In this document: piece after piece, positions 53,714 through 64,000 of the stretch
Position numbering within the stretch: the first letter of the stretch is position 1
Layout: the number at the start of each line of letters is the position of its first letter
From: Spirochaetia bacterium
GTDB taxonomy: Bacteria; Spirochaetota; Spirochaetia; SZUA-6; Bin103
Direction: 5' to 3'
Length of the DNA: 64,000 nt
Assembly: GCA_965203905.1 (NCBI GenBank)
Contig: CBDBDQ010000005.1
Span: 4,736,001-4,800,000 of the forward strand
Made by a program: the position numbers and the translations under genes
The notes under the pieces: generated by a model
Told to the model about the DNA's origin: nothing
The model's input: the letters and a program-made list of their open reading frames with translations, nothing else
The model's database searches: none

Positions 53714-54537
53714 TTCGTGTCCAGCGTCCCATGATGCGTCAGCAGCGCAGCGAGCGTCAAGTGAGCGGAGGCCGCGGTGTCATGACGGACGGGAGTTACC
53801 GTGTTGTTCGGTGCGGTGGTCGGTGGGCGCGATACTGGCCGTCCTGGATACCGCTGATCCGTGCGCAAGGGAGCATGGCAGGAGCCGGCCCGGAGGGTTT
53901 ATGGACCGGCACAGGCTGTTTGGTGCGGGTGTCGAAAGCGGCCATTAAGGACGCGGGATCGGTCGACGCCGCCCTCGCCCGGCGGTAACTGGGACATGCG
54001 TTTACGAGTGCCGTCATCTATACAGTTACAGTTGTAGTCGAACTCATCGTGAAGCACATCTGGGAACGAGAGCACCTTTCCGAACTTCGCCATCGAACTG
54101 ACACGCTGGGCAGCCGGTCGAAGGGTTATCAGGGATGGCCCGGCCTCGAACCGCAGATGAAATCCAGTTCGCGCGGGCAGTGAAGCCGGGAGCCGGTAGC
54201 TTCCGGGAACGGGTGCTCTGTCGCCTCCCGCCTCTCCCGCAAGATGGACTGGGGCTGCTCGACCCCGCTTGACGCCGCGGCGCCAGTCGAGGATGGTGGC
54301 GCCTGTGAGTGCCGAGGCAATCGCCATAGCTGGGGTCGGCGTGGCCCTGTTGGCCGTGCTGGTACCGCTGATCCGCTGATCCTGACCTTGCATGGCCGTG
54401 TAGTCGCCGAGTTGGGCGTGCTACGCCGCGACCTGCACGCCCTGGCGGAGCGGTTGCCCGCATCGGGGGTGCGGTTGACTGGCTCCTGACTGCCAGCTTG
54501 GCAGGGTGCCGGCGACCCCTAAATCTGAGGAGATACT

Positions 54538-54795
54538 TTGATGTCTGATCTATGCAAACGAGTCCTCTTTGCACTTGCCGACGGTGAGCATGCTAAGCGT
54601 GAATTGGTTATCGGCCGTATGATTACGGAAGGGTTGCCTGTTGCTGGTGCCAAGATCATGGGTGGCTGGCCGTTCAAAGAAGGCTTGCGTCGCGGGCTCG
54701 TTCGACGACCGCAACGAGGCATCTACCAGATTACCGATGCAGGCCGCGCGGCTCTGAATCAAATGGGACCCGCCGGCGGTCACAGCCAAAGGTAG
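54538..54795 (+). CDS. Small winged-helix protein (Mrr-N-like)
   Basis: GLVRRPQRGIYQITDAGRAAL; GAGGAG RBS. Confidence 0.55.
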   Translation: MMSDLCKRVLFALADGEHAKRELVIGRMITEGLPVAGAKIMGGWPFKEGLRRGLVRRPQRGIYQITDAGRAALNQMGPAGGHSQR

Positions 54796-55442
54796 TCCGC
54801 TCTTTCGTTCCATCAAACCAGGTGCCGGCACGCCCCCTGGGAGGCCACCGCCGAGCGACCTGCCACTACCGATAAGGGCGCTTCTGTCTCCCGTAGGCAT
54901 GGCCGGCGCCGCCTTTCACTACGCTCGCTGGACACGCTGCCCTGCGTGGGGATACAGTGTTTGGCCGTCGGGGTGACTCGCGAATAGAGCTCAATGGAAA
55001 ATGATCGAGGACGCTATCGTAACTGAGGACGAGGAAGAGGCCAGCGACATGATTCGCCGGGCGAACGAAGAGAGCCAGCAGCAACTTCGTGCCGACGGCT
55101 TGGAGCCCACACGCAAGATCGTGGTCATTGACCAGTACCGTCATAACGTAGAGATCGACTCGGATATGCCGTGGCTGGTCCGGACACGGCCCATTAGCTA
55201 GTTCCTGTCCGATAATCCCGAATTGAGAGAAGGCATGCCAACGGCGAGGCTAGTGGAGCGTGTTCAGGGCCTTTAACAACTCACGAATCGGCGACCCCTC
55301 ACGTGATCGTGACGCGTCCGGGGCTCAGTTTTGACATTTCAACGGACGCAGAGCCCGCCGGGCAGCCCGATTACGACACAGCGAGCCGTCGAAGGCGCCC
55401 GAGAAACCGTCAGATGAGAGGAGCCGCGCCCGGTGGCGGGCG

Positions 55443-56138
55443 TCAGGTGGGCAGTAAGCGAACGAACCGCAGCAGGTTGTGGGCGAACACTGCCGAGTGT
55501 ACGTAGGCCTGGAAATGTTCCCAGCCGCGCCAGTGGCAGCGATCCAGCCCGAAGCAGCGCTTCAGATAGGAAACGCCTGCTTCAACGCCCGCCCGAAAGC
55601 GCTTGAGTTGGCCGTAAATCCACGCCGAAGGCGTCATCTCGGTCGGCTCCAGCCCGCTTTTCTTGTGGAACACCACGTGTTCGACTCCCAACTCCTTGGC
55701 GGCTGCCAGATTCGCCTGCGACGCATAGCCGCCATCGAAAGCCGCTCGTTGCGGTGCCTCGCCGTAGATTGCCACGTGCCGCTCCAGCATCGGCAGGCAG
55801 CGTTCGCTGTCGGCCGGGTTGCCGCTCTCCACCACCACGTCAAGCACCAGCGCACTGCGCCCCGTGGTCAGGTTGATCTTGTGTCCGTAGTGGGTCGCAC
55901 GCCCGCCCTTGCGGATGATGTCGGTGTGCGGCTCGAACAGACTCACCACCTTCCCGCTCGCTGGCACCGTTTCCCCGGCGAACACGCGGCGCTTGGTCTG
56001 ATCCACCACCCGCTCGAGCAGCTCAAGGTACGAGCGCACCTCGCTGCACCACCTCTCGGTCCACGGCGCAGCTTCGCAGGCCACCACCGGCAGCGCTGCC
56101 TCGACGTAGCCGATGGTCCGCTTCACCACCCGCAGCAA
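55443..56138 (-). pseudogene. ISNCY/IS5-like DDE transposase, C-terminal part
   Basis: KVVSLFEPHTDIIRKG, GNPADS, FDGGYAS, FRAGVEAGVSYLKRCFGL; N-terminus missing. Confidence 0.8.
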
Positions 56139-56522
56139 CTTCCGGTAGGTGGCCGCGCGCGCAGATCCAGCAGGGGCTTCCCCCGCTTGGGTTCGATGTC
56201 GGAAACGAGTCTACCAGACTGTGCGGGCCGTAGTTGTTATCGGCAGAGTGGTCGGATGGGTACTTCCGAGACACCGAGGGGCGTGTCCGTGCGTGGGACG
56301 GTGGAAAGACGAAGGAGGAATGCAGCTCCTGATAGTTGCAGGCCAGCGACGGGGCCGGGCAGCTTGGTCAGCGGCCGTCGTTCTGAGGCCCCGGACGGGC
56401 GTCAGAAACCCGTTCCAAGAAGCTGTATGGGCGGCCGGAGCAACCACCGTCTCGACTGAACGGGTTTGTACGGAAGTGAACACAGAGGTGGCATCGGCAC
56501 GCGATCTAGCGAGGGTGATCGG

Positions 56523-56867
56523 ATGAGCAACACGTCGTCGGAACCTGATGCTCTCCGTTGGCGCGCGGGCATGGTAGAGCTGAAAAAAGATGCGGTGGCG
56601 GTGGCGCGCAAACTGGAACGGCGGTTGGAACACGCTGAGATCATAGGTCGGTACCTTTGGAAGACACATGACAACGGTGTTTATTTCCTCTGCGCAAGTG
56701 CCGTTGTGGCACTCTTTCTCATCGTAGTGCCGGCAGTAGCTCAGAACCTGATCATCACCGATCGGAAATTGCCGCCGAACTACACTAACTTGAAGCAAAT
56801 AGTTGGACCCGCGGCGTATCGGGCCCATAAAGTATATTTTGGCCGCTTTGGAGGGCTATGGTCGTGA
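56523..56867 (+). CDS. Small membrane or exported protein
   Basis: One hydrophobic segment; overlaps the WD40 gene start. Confidence 0.4.
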   Translation: MSNTSSEPDALRWRAGMVELKKDAVAVARKLERRLEHAEIIGRYLWKTHDNGVYFLCASAVVALFLIVVPAVAQNLIITDRKLPPNYTNLKQIVGPAAYRAHKVYFGRFGGLWS

Positions 56868-59800
56868 AACTCAATACGTTGAAATGTAAGTTATTGAAGC
56901 CGTTATCCATTGCATTCTTGCTAATCGTATCCCCATTGTACTCCGACGATATTCGCTTTGTTCCCGTCCACGAATTAACCAATTTTAGGCCAATGGATGC
57001 CATCTACCACCCGCGTGACAACCACCGGTTGATGGTTCTCAATCAAGGTGGGCGAGTTGACATTTTTGACATCAATATCTGGAGCGAGCCTAAGAAGATC
57101 TTAGAAATCCCAACTGGAGCATATACTGTTGCGTTTAGTCCCGACGGGAAGCAGATCGTATCTGGAGCGGACGACGGAACTGTACGTATATGGAATGTGA
57201 ACGAAGCCGGAGGCATGCCTAACACGCTTGGTACCCATGATGGATGGATCTTTACTGTCGCGTTTAGTCCCGACGGGAAAAAGATCGTATCCGGAGGGCA
57301 AGACGGCAATGTACGTCTATGGAATGTGAACGACACTGTAGGAGTGCCTTACACGCTTGGTACTCATGACGGATGGGTCTCTACTGTTGCGTTCAGCCCA
57401 AGTGGCAGCCACATCGTGTCAGGCGGTTACGACAAGACGATGAGGATCTGGCACTTAGATTCCCCTAACACCGTAAGTGCGCCGTTAGCCGCACATGATA
57501 GCACTGTCCACAGTGTCGAGTTTAGTCCCGACGGAAACTTTGTCGTATCAGGTGATGCTTTCGGAGTCCTACAGTTGTGGGATGTTACCGACCTTGCTCG
57601 ACCTACGCTCGTAGGAATCCCCATCGAGGCTCATCGAGACGAATTATGGGATGTATCCTTCAGTCAAAATGGAGAATATATCGTCTCCGGAGGCAGCGAC
57701 GGAGCTATCCGATTCTGGTCTGTTGCCGATATCAGGAGCGGCAAAAAGGTAGTCGGTACGTTGATTGAGGGTCACAGATTCGGGGTCGGAAGTGTCCGCT
57801 TCAGCCCCGATGGAAACCGAATTATAACGAGCGGCGAGGATCGTACCGTGAGAGCCTGGGACGTCCATGGTATTGTCTCGATGCCCGGTTTTCTTGAGCA
57901 TGGTAGTTGGGCGACAACTGTCTCGTTTAGTCCGACTGGTGGATATATCGCGTCAGGTGGATACGACAACATAGTTAGACTGTGGGATGTCTCGGATTTT
58001 GCCGATGCTAGGCTAAAAGGAGAGTTGGAAGGGCACGAAGACGTGATAAACAGTCTTGCGTATAGCCCAAGCAGCAGCATAATTGCATCGGGCAGCAACG
58101 ACGGGTCGATCATTCTTTGGAACATCGAAGACATTGAGAAACCGAGAGCTATGGGCGAACCGATTTCAGGAGATAAGTTTTACGTAAACGCTGTTGCGTT
58201 CAATCCGGATGGAACGCACCTTGCATCAGGAGGAACTGCCGGTATTCGACTGTGGCATGTGGACGAGGGCCGATTGACCGAGACGTGGCGCGATGCGCAT
58301 GACGCCTGGATAACGGCCGTCGCATTTAGTTCTGACGGAAAGTATCTTGTGTCGGGATGCGACGAAGGGCTCCTGCGACTGTGGAGCGTAGAGGACGTCC
58401 ATAATATTAGGCAAATTGGCACTCCTTTGTCGGCGCATTTTGGAGTTCGGAGCGTGGCCTTCCATCCCGATGGAAAGCACTTCGTGTCTGGTGGAGATGA
58501 CGACCAAGTGTTGATGTGGAACGTTGACAAGATTGAAGCCGGAGATGGCCGTGGCAGCCCAATCCCGGGACATGGAGGCGAGATTCTTAGTCTGTCGTTT
58601 GATCGGCAGGGTACGTATCTCTTGTCAGGTGGTTATCAGGGTGATCTGGGATTATGGGACTTCAAAAAAGGACGGAAGATCAGCGTACCAACCGAGGGAC
58701 ATAGAAGTTGGATTCAGAGTGTCGCGTTCAGCCCAGACGGACGTCATATGGCCTCGGCCGGAGGAGATGGTACGATACGATTGTGGCGATTGGGTAACGG
58801 CACCAGTGCTGGCGGCCCACTGAAGAACCTCAGCGGACTGATGAGGAACGTGGTGCTAAGTTCGACCGGTGATCAAATTGTTTCAATTAGCGAGCGTGGT
58901 GTCGCTCGCCTATGGCGTTCGGACGGCGTTAGGTTGCTAGGTGCCACCAAAGTGACTAGCGCGGAGTTTAGCCACGACGACACGAGGTTGTTTTTGGGAC
59001 GAGACAACGGTGCGGTGGAGATCTGGGACACAGATAGTGCGACGTACGTGGGCGAGGCACTGGGCGGTCCGAGGAGCGCCGTGAACAGCATAGCCGTGGG
59101 CCCGGAAGGGAAGCACGTTGTGTCAGTGCGCCGTGATGGTTTAGCGATACTCTGGGACGTGGACAGCCTCTCATCTACGGATCACGAGGCCGCCATCGAA
59201 AGCGCCGCGTTCAGTCCAGATGGCACGCGTGTCGTCCTAGGCACCAACGACGGCACGGTACGGCTGTGGGACGTCAGAGTCCGAGATCGAGTAGGCGGAG
59301 CCGGCGAGGGACATCATGGTCCCGTTGAGAGCGTGGCGTTCAGCCCGGATGGAAACCACGTCGTGTCAGGGGGCGAGGACGGGACAGTCCGTTTATGGGA
59401 GGTCAATGATTTGCGCCTCTCAGGCGGCCTACCGATCGGAAACCACTTCAGGAGCGTTTGGAGTGTCGACTTTAGTATCGACGGGGAACGGGTGGTTTCA
59501 GCCGGCCATGACGGGAACGTTAGAATATGGGAGCGAGATGGTGAACAGATGGTACAATCAGCAGTTATTTGCGGGAGTGGATATCGTGAAATACGCTCTG
59601 TGAATTGGATAGCGCCTAGTGCGATCATAGTGGGCTGCCGCGATAGGACCGTGCTCTTGAACTCTAGTCTTGGACGTACGGGAGAGGTTTTTGTACTCCG
59701 AGAGGGGCTTGTAGCGACGATTGAGGGGCACGGTGTGTATGCATCACCGCCGAACCTAAAAGACAAGATAACTGCTTTCATCGGATCCGAAGATCAGGGC

Positions 59801-61336
59801 GTCGCAGACGTTATATCAGATCGACAAATGCAGCACTATCTGTTTGGGAGGTCAGACCCATGGTTGATCATCGGCACGACCACGGAAAGGGCAATAAACA
59901 AAGTCGTTGAGTTTCATAGGAGACTTGGAGTCTATTCGGTAGGCCTGTGGCTCCTGCTGGCGGAAATTATCGGAGTGTTGGCAGTAGTCACCGCGTGGCT
60001 ATTTTGGCCCGCGAAGTTGGCTTGGTGGTCGATGCCAAAGGCTGGCAGCAGACATGCGGTACTTGAGATCTTTGAAGATAGCAGTAATCCGGTAACTGCG
60101 CGGCTGTCTGGTGTCGTTAGATTGCTTACTTTATTCCATGTACTAGGTCGCACGAAACGTCCCTTGGTAAAGTGGCTACAAGAGAGTCGTCCGGAGATCG
60201 AAGAAAGATGTTTCACTGACCGAACTCAGGTGCGCGAGCGTGCCAATTATTGCTCCGTTGGAAATGAGGACGATACAGCAAGATTCTTAAGCCATCTCGA
60301 CGCCAATGAACGTGGGCTAATTTGGATATTGGGTGCTGGTGGCACTGGCAAGAGTGCGCTAGCTATTCACGTAGCCGGTGAGACCCTCGTGGGGAACACC
60401 AACAGACCGATTCCGTTATATATTGGTGAGGACTGGAAGGGATCACTTGCTGCGCAAGTGGCCCGCTACTTGCGAGGTCCCAATTGGACCAGAGGGCCGA
60501 CTGAAAATATGGTCAAGACGCTCGGGGCTTTGGGTCTAGTCTGCCCATTGGTAGATTCATTGAGCGAGCGGAGCGACGAGGCTGGAACATCGGTGAAGAG
60601 TGCGGTGTTGGAGCACGACTTCAGACACGTTATAGTGACGTCTAGGAGAGAAGTGCACGATGAGCAGTTGGAACAGATAGTGGAGTCCATTGAAGTTCAT
60701 CAACTAAAACGTGCTAACATACTACCGTTTATTGAGTCATACCGAGATTACTACCGCATCGATGTAGGATCGGAGGAGGTGAGGCGAAGAATTCAACCGC
60801 TCTTCGACGACGGTAGGAACATGCCTAGCCCTCTATTTCTTCGCTTCGCCATTGCGGAGGCCACGGCGGGGCCGGTGGGTGTGATAGATAATATGACCCT
60901 CGTGTTGAGGTATATGGAGGCGCTGCGCGCTGATAAGATAGATATTCGTAGCGAGGACATGGAGCGAGCGGCGGGAGTGGCAGCGATTAGGGCCGTTCAA
61001 GACAGGTTGATACCGGGTGAAGTCTCCGTGTCGGAATTACGAGAGACGCTAATGGCTGAGATCAACTCAGATGAGTTCTACGACGTGGCGGGAAAGGAGT
61101 CAATACGTCCACCGGAGGTTGTTAACTTGTTGGTGGAATCGGGGCTCTTGGTGCGTTGGTCAAATACCCTTCAGTTTACATACGATCCAGTAGCGGAATA
61201 CCTTGCCGCGTGGTGGGTGAGAAGAACACGCCGTGGCAATCTTGAAGGCCTGCGCAGTCGCATAGAGCGTGCGGCTAATACGGGTGTGGGGCGCGCTTAT
61301 CAGGAGGTAGCGGTGGCACCGCGACAGGCTATCTAG
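56858..61336 (+). CDS. Signal peptide-WD40 (about 20-21 repeats)-TM-STAND/NACHT-like NTPase
   Basis: VAFSPDG...SG..D..VRLWD repeats; TM LWLLLAEIIGVLAVVTAWLFW; Walker A GAGGTGKS; LVDSLSE; IVTSR; SPLFL; FTYDPVAEYLAA. Confidence 0.88.
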   Translation: MVVKLNTLKCKLLKPLSIAFLLIVSPLYSDDIRFVPVHELTNFRPMDAIYHPRDNHRLMVLNQGGRVDIFDINIWSEPKKILEIPTGAYTVAFSPDGKQIVSGADDGTVRIWNVNEAGGMPNTLGTHDGWIFTVAFSPDGKKIVSGGQDGNVRLWNVNDTVGVPYTLGTHDGWVSTVAFSPSGSHIVSGGYDKTMRIWHLDSPNTVSAPLAAHDSTVHSVEFSPDGNFVVSGDAFGVLQLWDVTDLARPTLVGIPIEAHRDELWDVSFSQNGEYIVSGGSDGAIRFWSVADIRSGKKVVGTLIEGHRFGVGSVRFSPDGNRIITSGEDRTVRAWDVHGIVSMPGFLEHGSWATTVSFSPTGGYIASGGYDNIVRLWDVSDFADARLKGELEGHEDVINSLAYSPSSSIIASGSNDGSIILWNIEDIEKPRAMGEPISGDKFYVNAVAFNPDGTHLASGGTAGIRLWHVDEGRLTETWRDAHDAWITAVAFSSDGKYLVSGCDEGLLRLWSVEDVHNIRQIGTPLSAHFGVRSVAFHPDGKHFVSGGDDDQVLMWNVDKIEAGDGRGSPIPGHGGEILSLSFDRQGTYLLSGGYQGDLGLWDFKKGRKISVPTEGHRSWIQSVAFSPDGRHMASAGGDGTIRLWRLGNGTSAGGPLKNLSGLMRNVVLSSTGDQIVSISERGVARLWRSDGVRLLGATKVTSAEFSHDDTRLFLGRDNGAVEIWDTDSATYVGEALGGPRSAVNSIAVGPEGKHVVSVRRDGLAILWDVDSLSSTDHEAAIESAAFSPDGTRVVLGTNDGTVRLWDVRVRDRVGGAGEGHHGPVESVAFSPDGNHVVSGGEDGTVRLWEVNDLRLSGGLPIGNHFRSVWSVDFSIDGERVVSAGHDGNVRIWERDGEQMVQSAVICGSGYREIRSVNWIAPSAIIVGCRDRTVLLNSSLGRTGEVFVLREGLVATIEGHGVYASPPNLKDKITAFIGSEDQGVADVISDRQMQHYLFGRSDPWLIIGTTTERAINKVVEFHRRLGVYSVGLWLLLAEIIGVLAVVTAWLFWPAKLAWWSMPKAGSRHAVLEIFEDSSNPVTARLSGVVRLLTLFHVLGRTKRPLVKWLQESRPEIEERCFTDRTQVRERANYCSVGNEDDTARFLSHLDANERGLIWILGAGGTGKSALAIHVAGETLVGNTNRPIPLYIGEDWKGSLAAQVARYLRGPNWTRGPTENMVKTLGALGLVCPLVDSLSERSDEAGTSVKSAVLEHDFRHVIVTSRREVHDEQLEQIVESIEVHQLKRANILPFIESYRDYYRIDVGSEEVRRRIQPLFDDGRNMPSPLFLRFAIAEATAGPVGVIDNMTLVLRYMEALRADKIDIRSEDMERAAGVAAIRAVQDRLIPGEVSVSELRETLMAEINSDEFYDVAGKESIRPPEVVNLLVESGLLVRWSNTLQFTYDPVAEYLAAWWVRRTRRGNLEGLRSRIERAANTGVGRAYQEVAVAPRQAI

Positions 61337-61338
61337 CT

Positions 61339-62337
61339 ATGCAGTCCACCATACCGGACCTACTTGTGCAGATCTGCAAGCTCGGTGGAGTCTTATGGAC
61401 TGCGGCTTTTGGCATAATGGGTCTGCTGGTGACGTTTCGCGATGAGAGAACGCAACGAGTCACCAAATGGGGCCGCATAGCACTATCAGGTATTGTCGTT
61501 TCGACCACTCTTGGTGTCGTGGGTCAGCTTCTTGAACACACCCTTGAAATAGAGAGCCTTTCCGAGAGTGTTGGACGGCAGGAGAAAATACTTCTCGAGA
61601 TCAATCGCCAGAATCACTCGTTCACTGCTGACGCCCAGATCATTACAGCTCTTCGGTTTCCTAAAGACCATCCGGTGACCAAGGAATATCTTGATGACTG
61701 TCTTGATAACTGCCTCATGCCGCTCTTTAACGACATCATAGAGGAGTACGGTAATCGAGGTAGTTGGTACAATCCGAAATATTCGCAGATCTACGTTGAT
61801 GGACATACTGGTCCCGAAGGAAATCAAGTAGATAAAATCTGGCTGCCAGTTCCTCATGACATATTATTTCCGAAGGAAGCCATTAAAGTGTCGCTAGAAG
61901 TTGGAGTCTACGAAGGATCTGTATCCGTCAATGACGTGGACCTTTCGCTCCCTGCCTCTGCTGGTAAACCATACTCTGAGGTTTCTTTCGCGCTGTCCTC
62001 AAATCGTCTCGAAGCAGGCCGCCTACACTACTTTCCGAGCCGCGAGATCTTCGTGTTCGAATTCCGAGCACCTCCAGGCCATATACGCACGGCATTCGCC
62101 CCGATGAGCATCCTAGATCTTCAGGATAAATTGCTCGTCGTCGGCATCCTCGGAGAGGAAAATGCGACGATTTCATTAGTCGGCATACAGTTCAGGCTTT
62201 CTTCTGGAGTTGCCGTGACAATTGGAAGTGAGGCATTCGAAGCTACCTCGAATTCCTGGCCGGATGTGTCGCACTTCGCGGTTATTGACGATCTCGATCA
62301 AACGGGGCAATGGCCGGTCGAGTACATACTGCCATGA
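61339..62337 (+). CDS. Hypothetical protein with two N-terminal TM helices
   Basis: Starts 2 nt after the STAND gene; two hydrophobic segments flanking RVTKWGR. Confidence 0.7.
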   Translation: MQSTIPDLLVQICKLGGVLWTAAFGIMGLLVTFRDERTQRVTKWGRIALSGIVVSTTLGVVGQLLEHTLEIESLSESVGRQEKILLEINRQNHSFTADAQIITALRFPKDHPVTKEYLDDCLDNCLMPLFNDIIEEYGNRGSWYNPKYSQIYVDGHTGPEGNQVDKIWLPVPHDILFPKEAIKVSLEVGVYEGSVSVNDVDLSLPASAGKPYSEVSFALSSNRLEAGRLHYFPSREIFVFEFRAPPGHIRTAFAPMSILDLQDKLLVVGILGEENATISLVGIQFRLSSGVAVTIGSEAFEATSNSWPDVSHFAVIDDLDQTGQWPVEYILP

Positions 62338-62784
62338 ACCCCTGATCACTTATTAAAATCGCTCTGCGGGAGCGTCGGACGGAAGCCAGACGGTCACCCC
62401 ACTTCCGATAATACCGCCATCTGTCAACCCGGCGCCGGCTCGCCCGCGTGCTCCCACACTTCAAGCCTTCGACCCGGCACCCTATCAAATCTGCATACTA
62501 CATTTGGAGTGGATGTACTATGGAATATTCGTGTATTTTGGCGGGCAAAGACTGTCTTTATGACGAATCATGGTTCCGCGCGCATGATGTCGGCGCAAAG
62601 GCCCTTCCGGCACCGAGCACGGCCGGCGTATGACGGGTCCGTATTGCTCGCCGTGCCGCCGATCTCATACTATTTGAGGACCATGCGAGATACTAATGAA
62701 ACCGCCGTCGAGCTATGCTTGAATGCGCTACATGCCGCTGTAGCGCAAGCCCTTGATACGAGAACTGCGGATGGTAGTCGCCGG

Positions 62785-63261
62785 ATGCACCGTCTACTCG
62801 CCGTGGCCGCGCTACTGATGGTTCTGGCCGTCGCTTCGCCCGCCTACAACCCGCCACCAGAGGGTTGGTTAGTAACGATCCGCGAGTACAGCGACCCGGA
62901 TTCGGTGTCCTATTGGATTGACGTAACCGGAGACTGCATCGATCAGGATACAGCCAACGATTTGGTTGAGTCCGAGATGGTGCGCAACCGTATCACGAAC
63001 GAGTACACCGGGCTTGCTCTGAACGTGGATGTGATGTGCCTGGCAACGGGGGACGGTTCGTGGGTGTACCACGTGAGGCCCTTTCTCCGGCGTTGGGAGC
63101 GGTTCGGCGAGCTTTTCGTTTTCTGGGACATATCTCTCAACCGAGCCACGATCGGGATAGCGGACACGGTCAAGACCATTGAGGATACCGTTACAGAAGC
63201 CGTGCGAATCGCGCTCACCGACTTCATCTACGCCCACAGTCAAGGGGTAGATTCAAACTGA
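62785..63261 (+). CDS. Hypothetical exported protein
   Basis: Signal peptide MHRLLAVAALLMVLAVASPA; its stop codon lies inside the IR at 63252-63270. Confidence 0.6.
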   Translation: MHRLLAVAALLMVLAVASPAYNPPPEGWLVTIREYSDPDSVSYWIDVTGDCIDQDTANDLVESEMVRNRITNEYTGLALNVDVMCLATGDGSWVYHVRPFLRRWERFGELFVFWDISLNRATIGIADTVKTIEDTVTEAVRIALTDFIYAHSQGVDSN

Positions 63262-63270
63262 AGCACTACC
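63252..63270 (-). repeat. Orphan IS-like terminal repeat related to 29357-29375
   Basis: Reverse complement GGTAGTGCTTCAGTTTGAA, 17/19 identical to GGTAGTGTCTCAGTTTGAA. Confidence 0.7.
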
Positions 63271-63373
63271 GGTAAGTTGCATGCATCCCCGTCTCCGGAC
63301 AAAATTGAAACCAGTAGGGCAACGCCACGTCCGAGAACCGGGCACTCTGTCGCCTGGGAGCACCGGCTCCGAA

Positions 63374-63990
63374 TCAGGGCGCCTGGTACGGAACGGTCAT
63401 CACGGGTGCCGGTACCTCGGGCCTGCCCTTCGTCTGGGCGGCGAGTTGCTGCCTCTCCAGCTCGGTCAAGTACGTCCGGCGTAGATCGTTCGGGGTCACC
63501 GGGTCGACGCCTGCCTGCTTGGCGATGGTGCATACCCGCAGCATCACGGCTTGGTCGGTCATGGCCTTCGTCTGGATGCGCCCGCCCCTGACCGGGCACA
63601 GCAGGGCCCCTGACCAGTCGCCGCGGATCGCGATCCAGGCGTCGATCGCTTCCTTGCCACCGTCTGTCGCGTAAATCTGCCGCACGTCGTGGCGTACGGT
63701 GATGGCCCCGGACATCTGGTCGTAGTCCGCGAGCAAGAGCGCGGCTGCTTCCGAGCGCCGCAGGCCGGCGCCGTAGAGCAAAGCGAGCATGGCTACATCC
63801 CGTGCGCCGACAGGATCGGTACCGGGCGCCGCGAACAAACGCCGAACCTCGCCCCGTTTGACGTATCGTCCTCCACGTCGGCGCTGTTGCGGCTTCTCGT
63901 TCCGCTCGTCCTCGACAGCGATCCGCGTCTTGTCGTCTACCAGCCCGAGTTCCTATGCTATGCGCACCGTACTCCGGACCCCGAAAGCAT
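63374..63990 (-). pseudogene. Degraded tyrosine recombinase, relative of 31671-32771
   Basis: GARDVAMLALLYGAGLRRSE, PNDLRRT; the GKG segment and the catalytic H/Y region are deleted. Confidence 0.8.
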
Positions 63991-64000
63991 GTGGTTGACG

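Noticed and set aside
1-64000. CRISPR array or integron attC array
   Set aside because: No regularly spaced repeat-spacer series, no cas or intI gene, and no convincing RYYYAAC...GTTRRRY sites seen

Overview
GC-rich bacterial window, probably a Spirochaetota genome or MAG. This is inferred from the ssb N-terminus and the GEGEAA-type binding-protein leaders, and the ankyrin/WD40/pentapeptide content suggests a host-associated lineage such as a sponge symbiont. Bases 1-12.1 kb are core-like: a phytanoyl-CoA dioxygenase gene and two carbohydrate ABC (CUT1) clusters with a duplicated binding protein. From 13.56 kb to the end is a nested accessory region. It begins with a P4-type integrase island that truncates an HNH gene and carries two alpA copies, a dead group II intron, IS3/ISAs1 debris, a collagen-ankyrin lipoprotein and a pentapeptide protein. 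Next is a capsid-less prophage or satellite-like element (about 28.9-44.5 kb: terS-like gene, tyrosine recombinase, ssb, RadC, TOPRIM gene, replication initiator). After that comes a defence-like block (HEPN, SIR2-like, D5 helicase, and a signal peptide-WD40-TM-STAND protein). The best candidate for a new system is a set of 4-5 sequence-unrelated, tRNA-mimicking T-loop structures in the non-coding gaps of the phage early operon. All calls come from reading motifs by eye; no searches were run.
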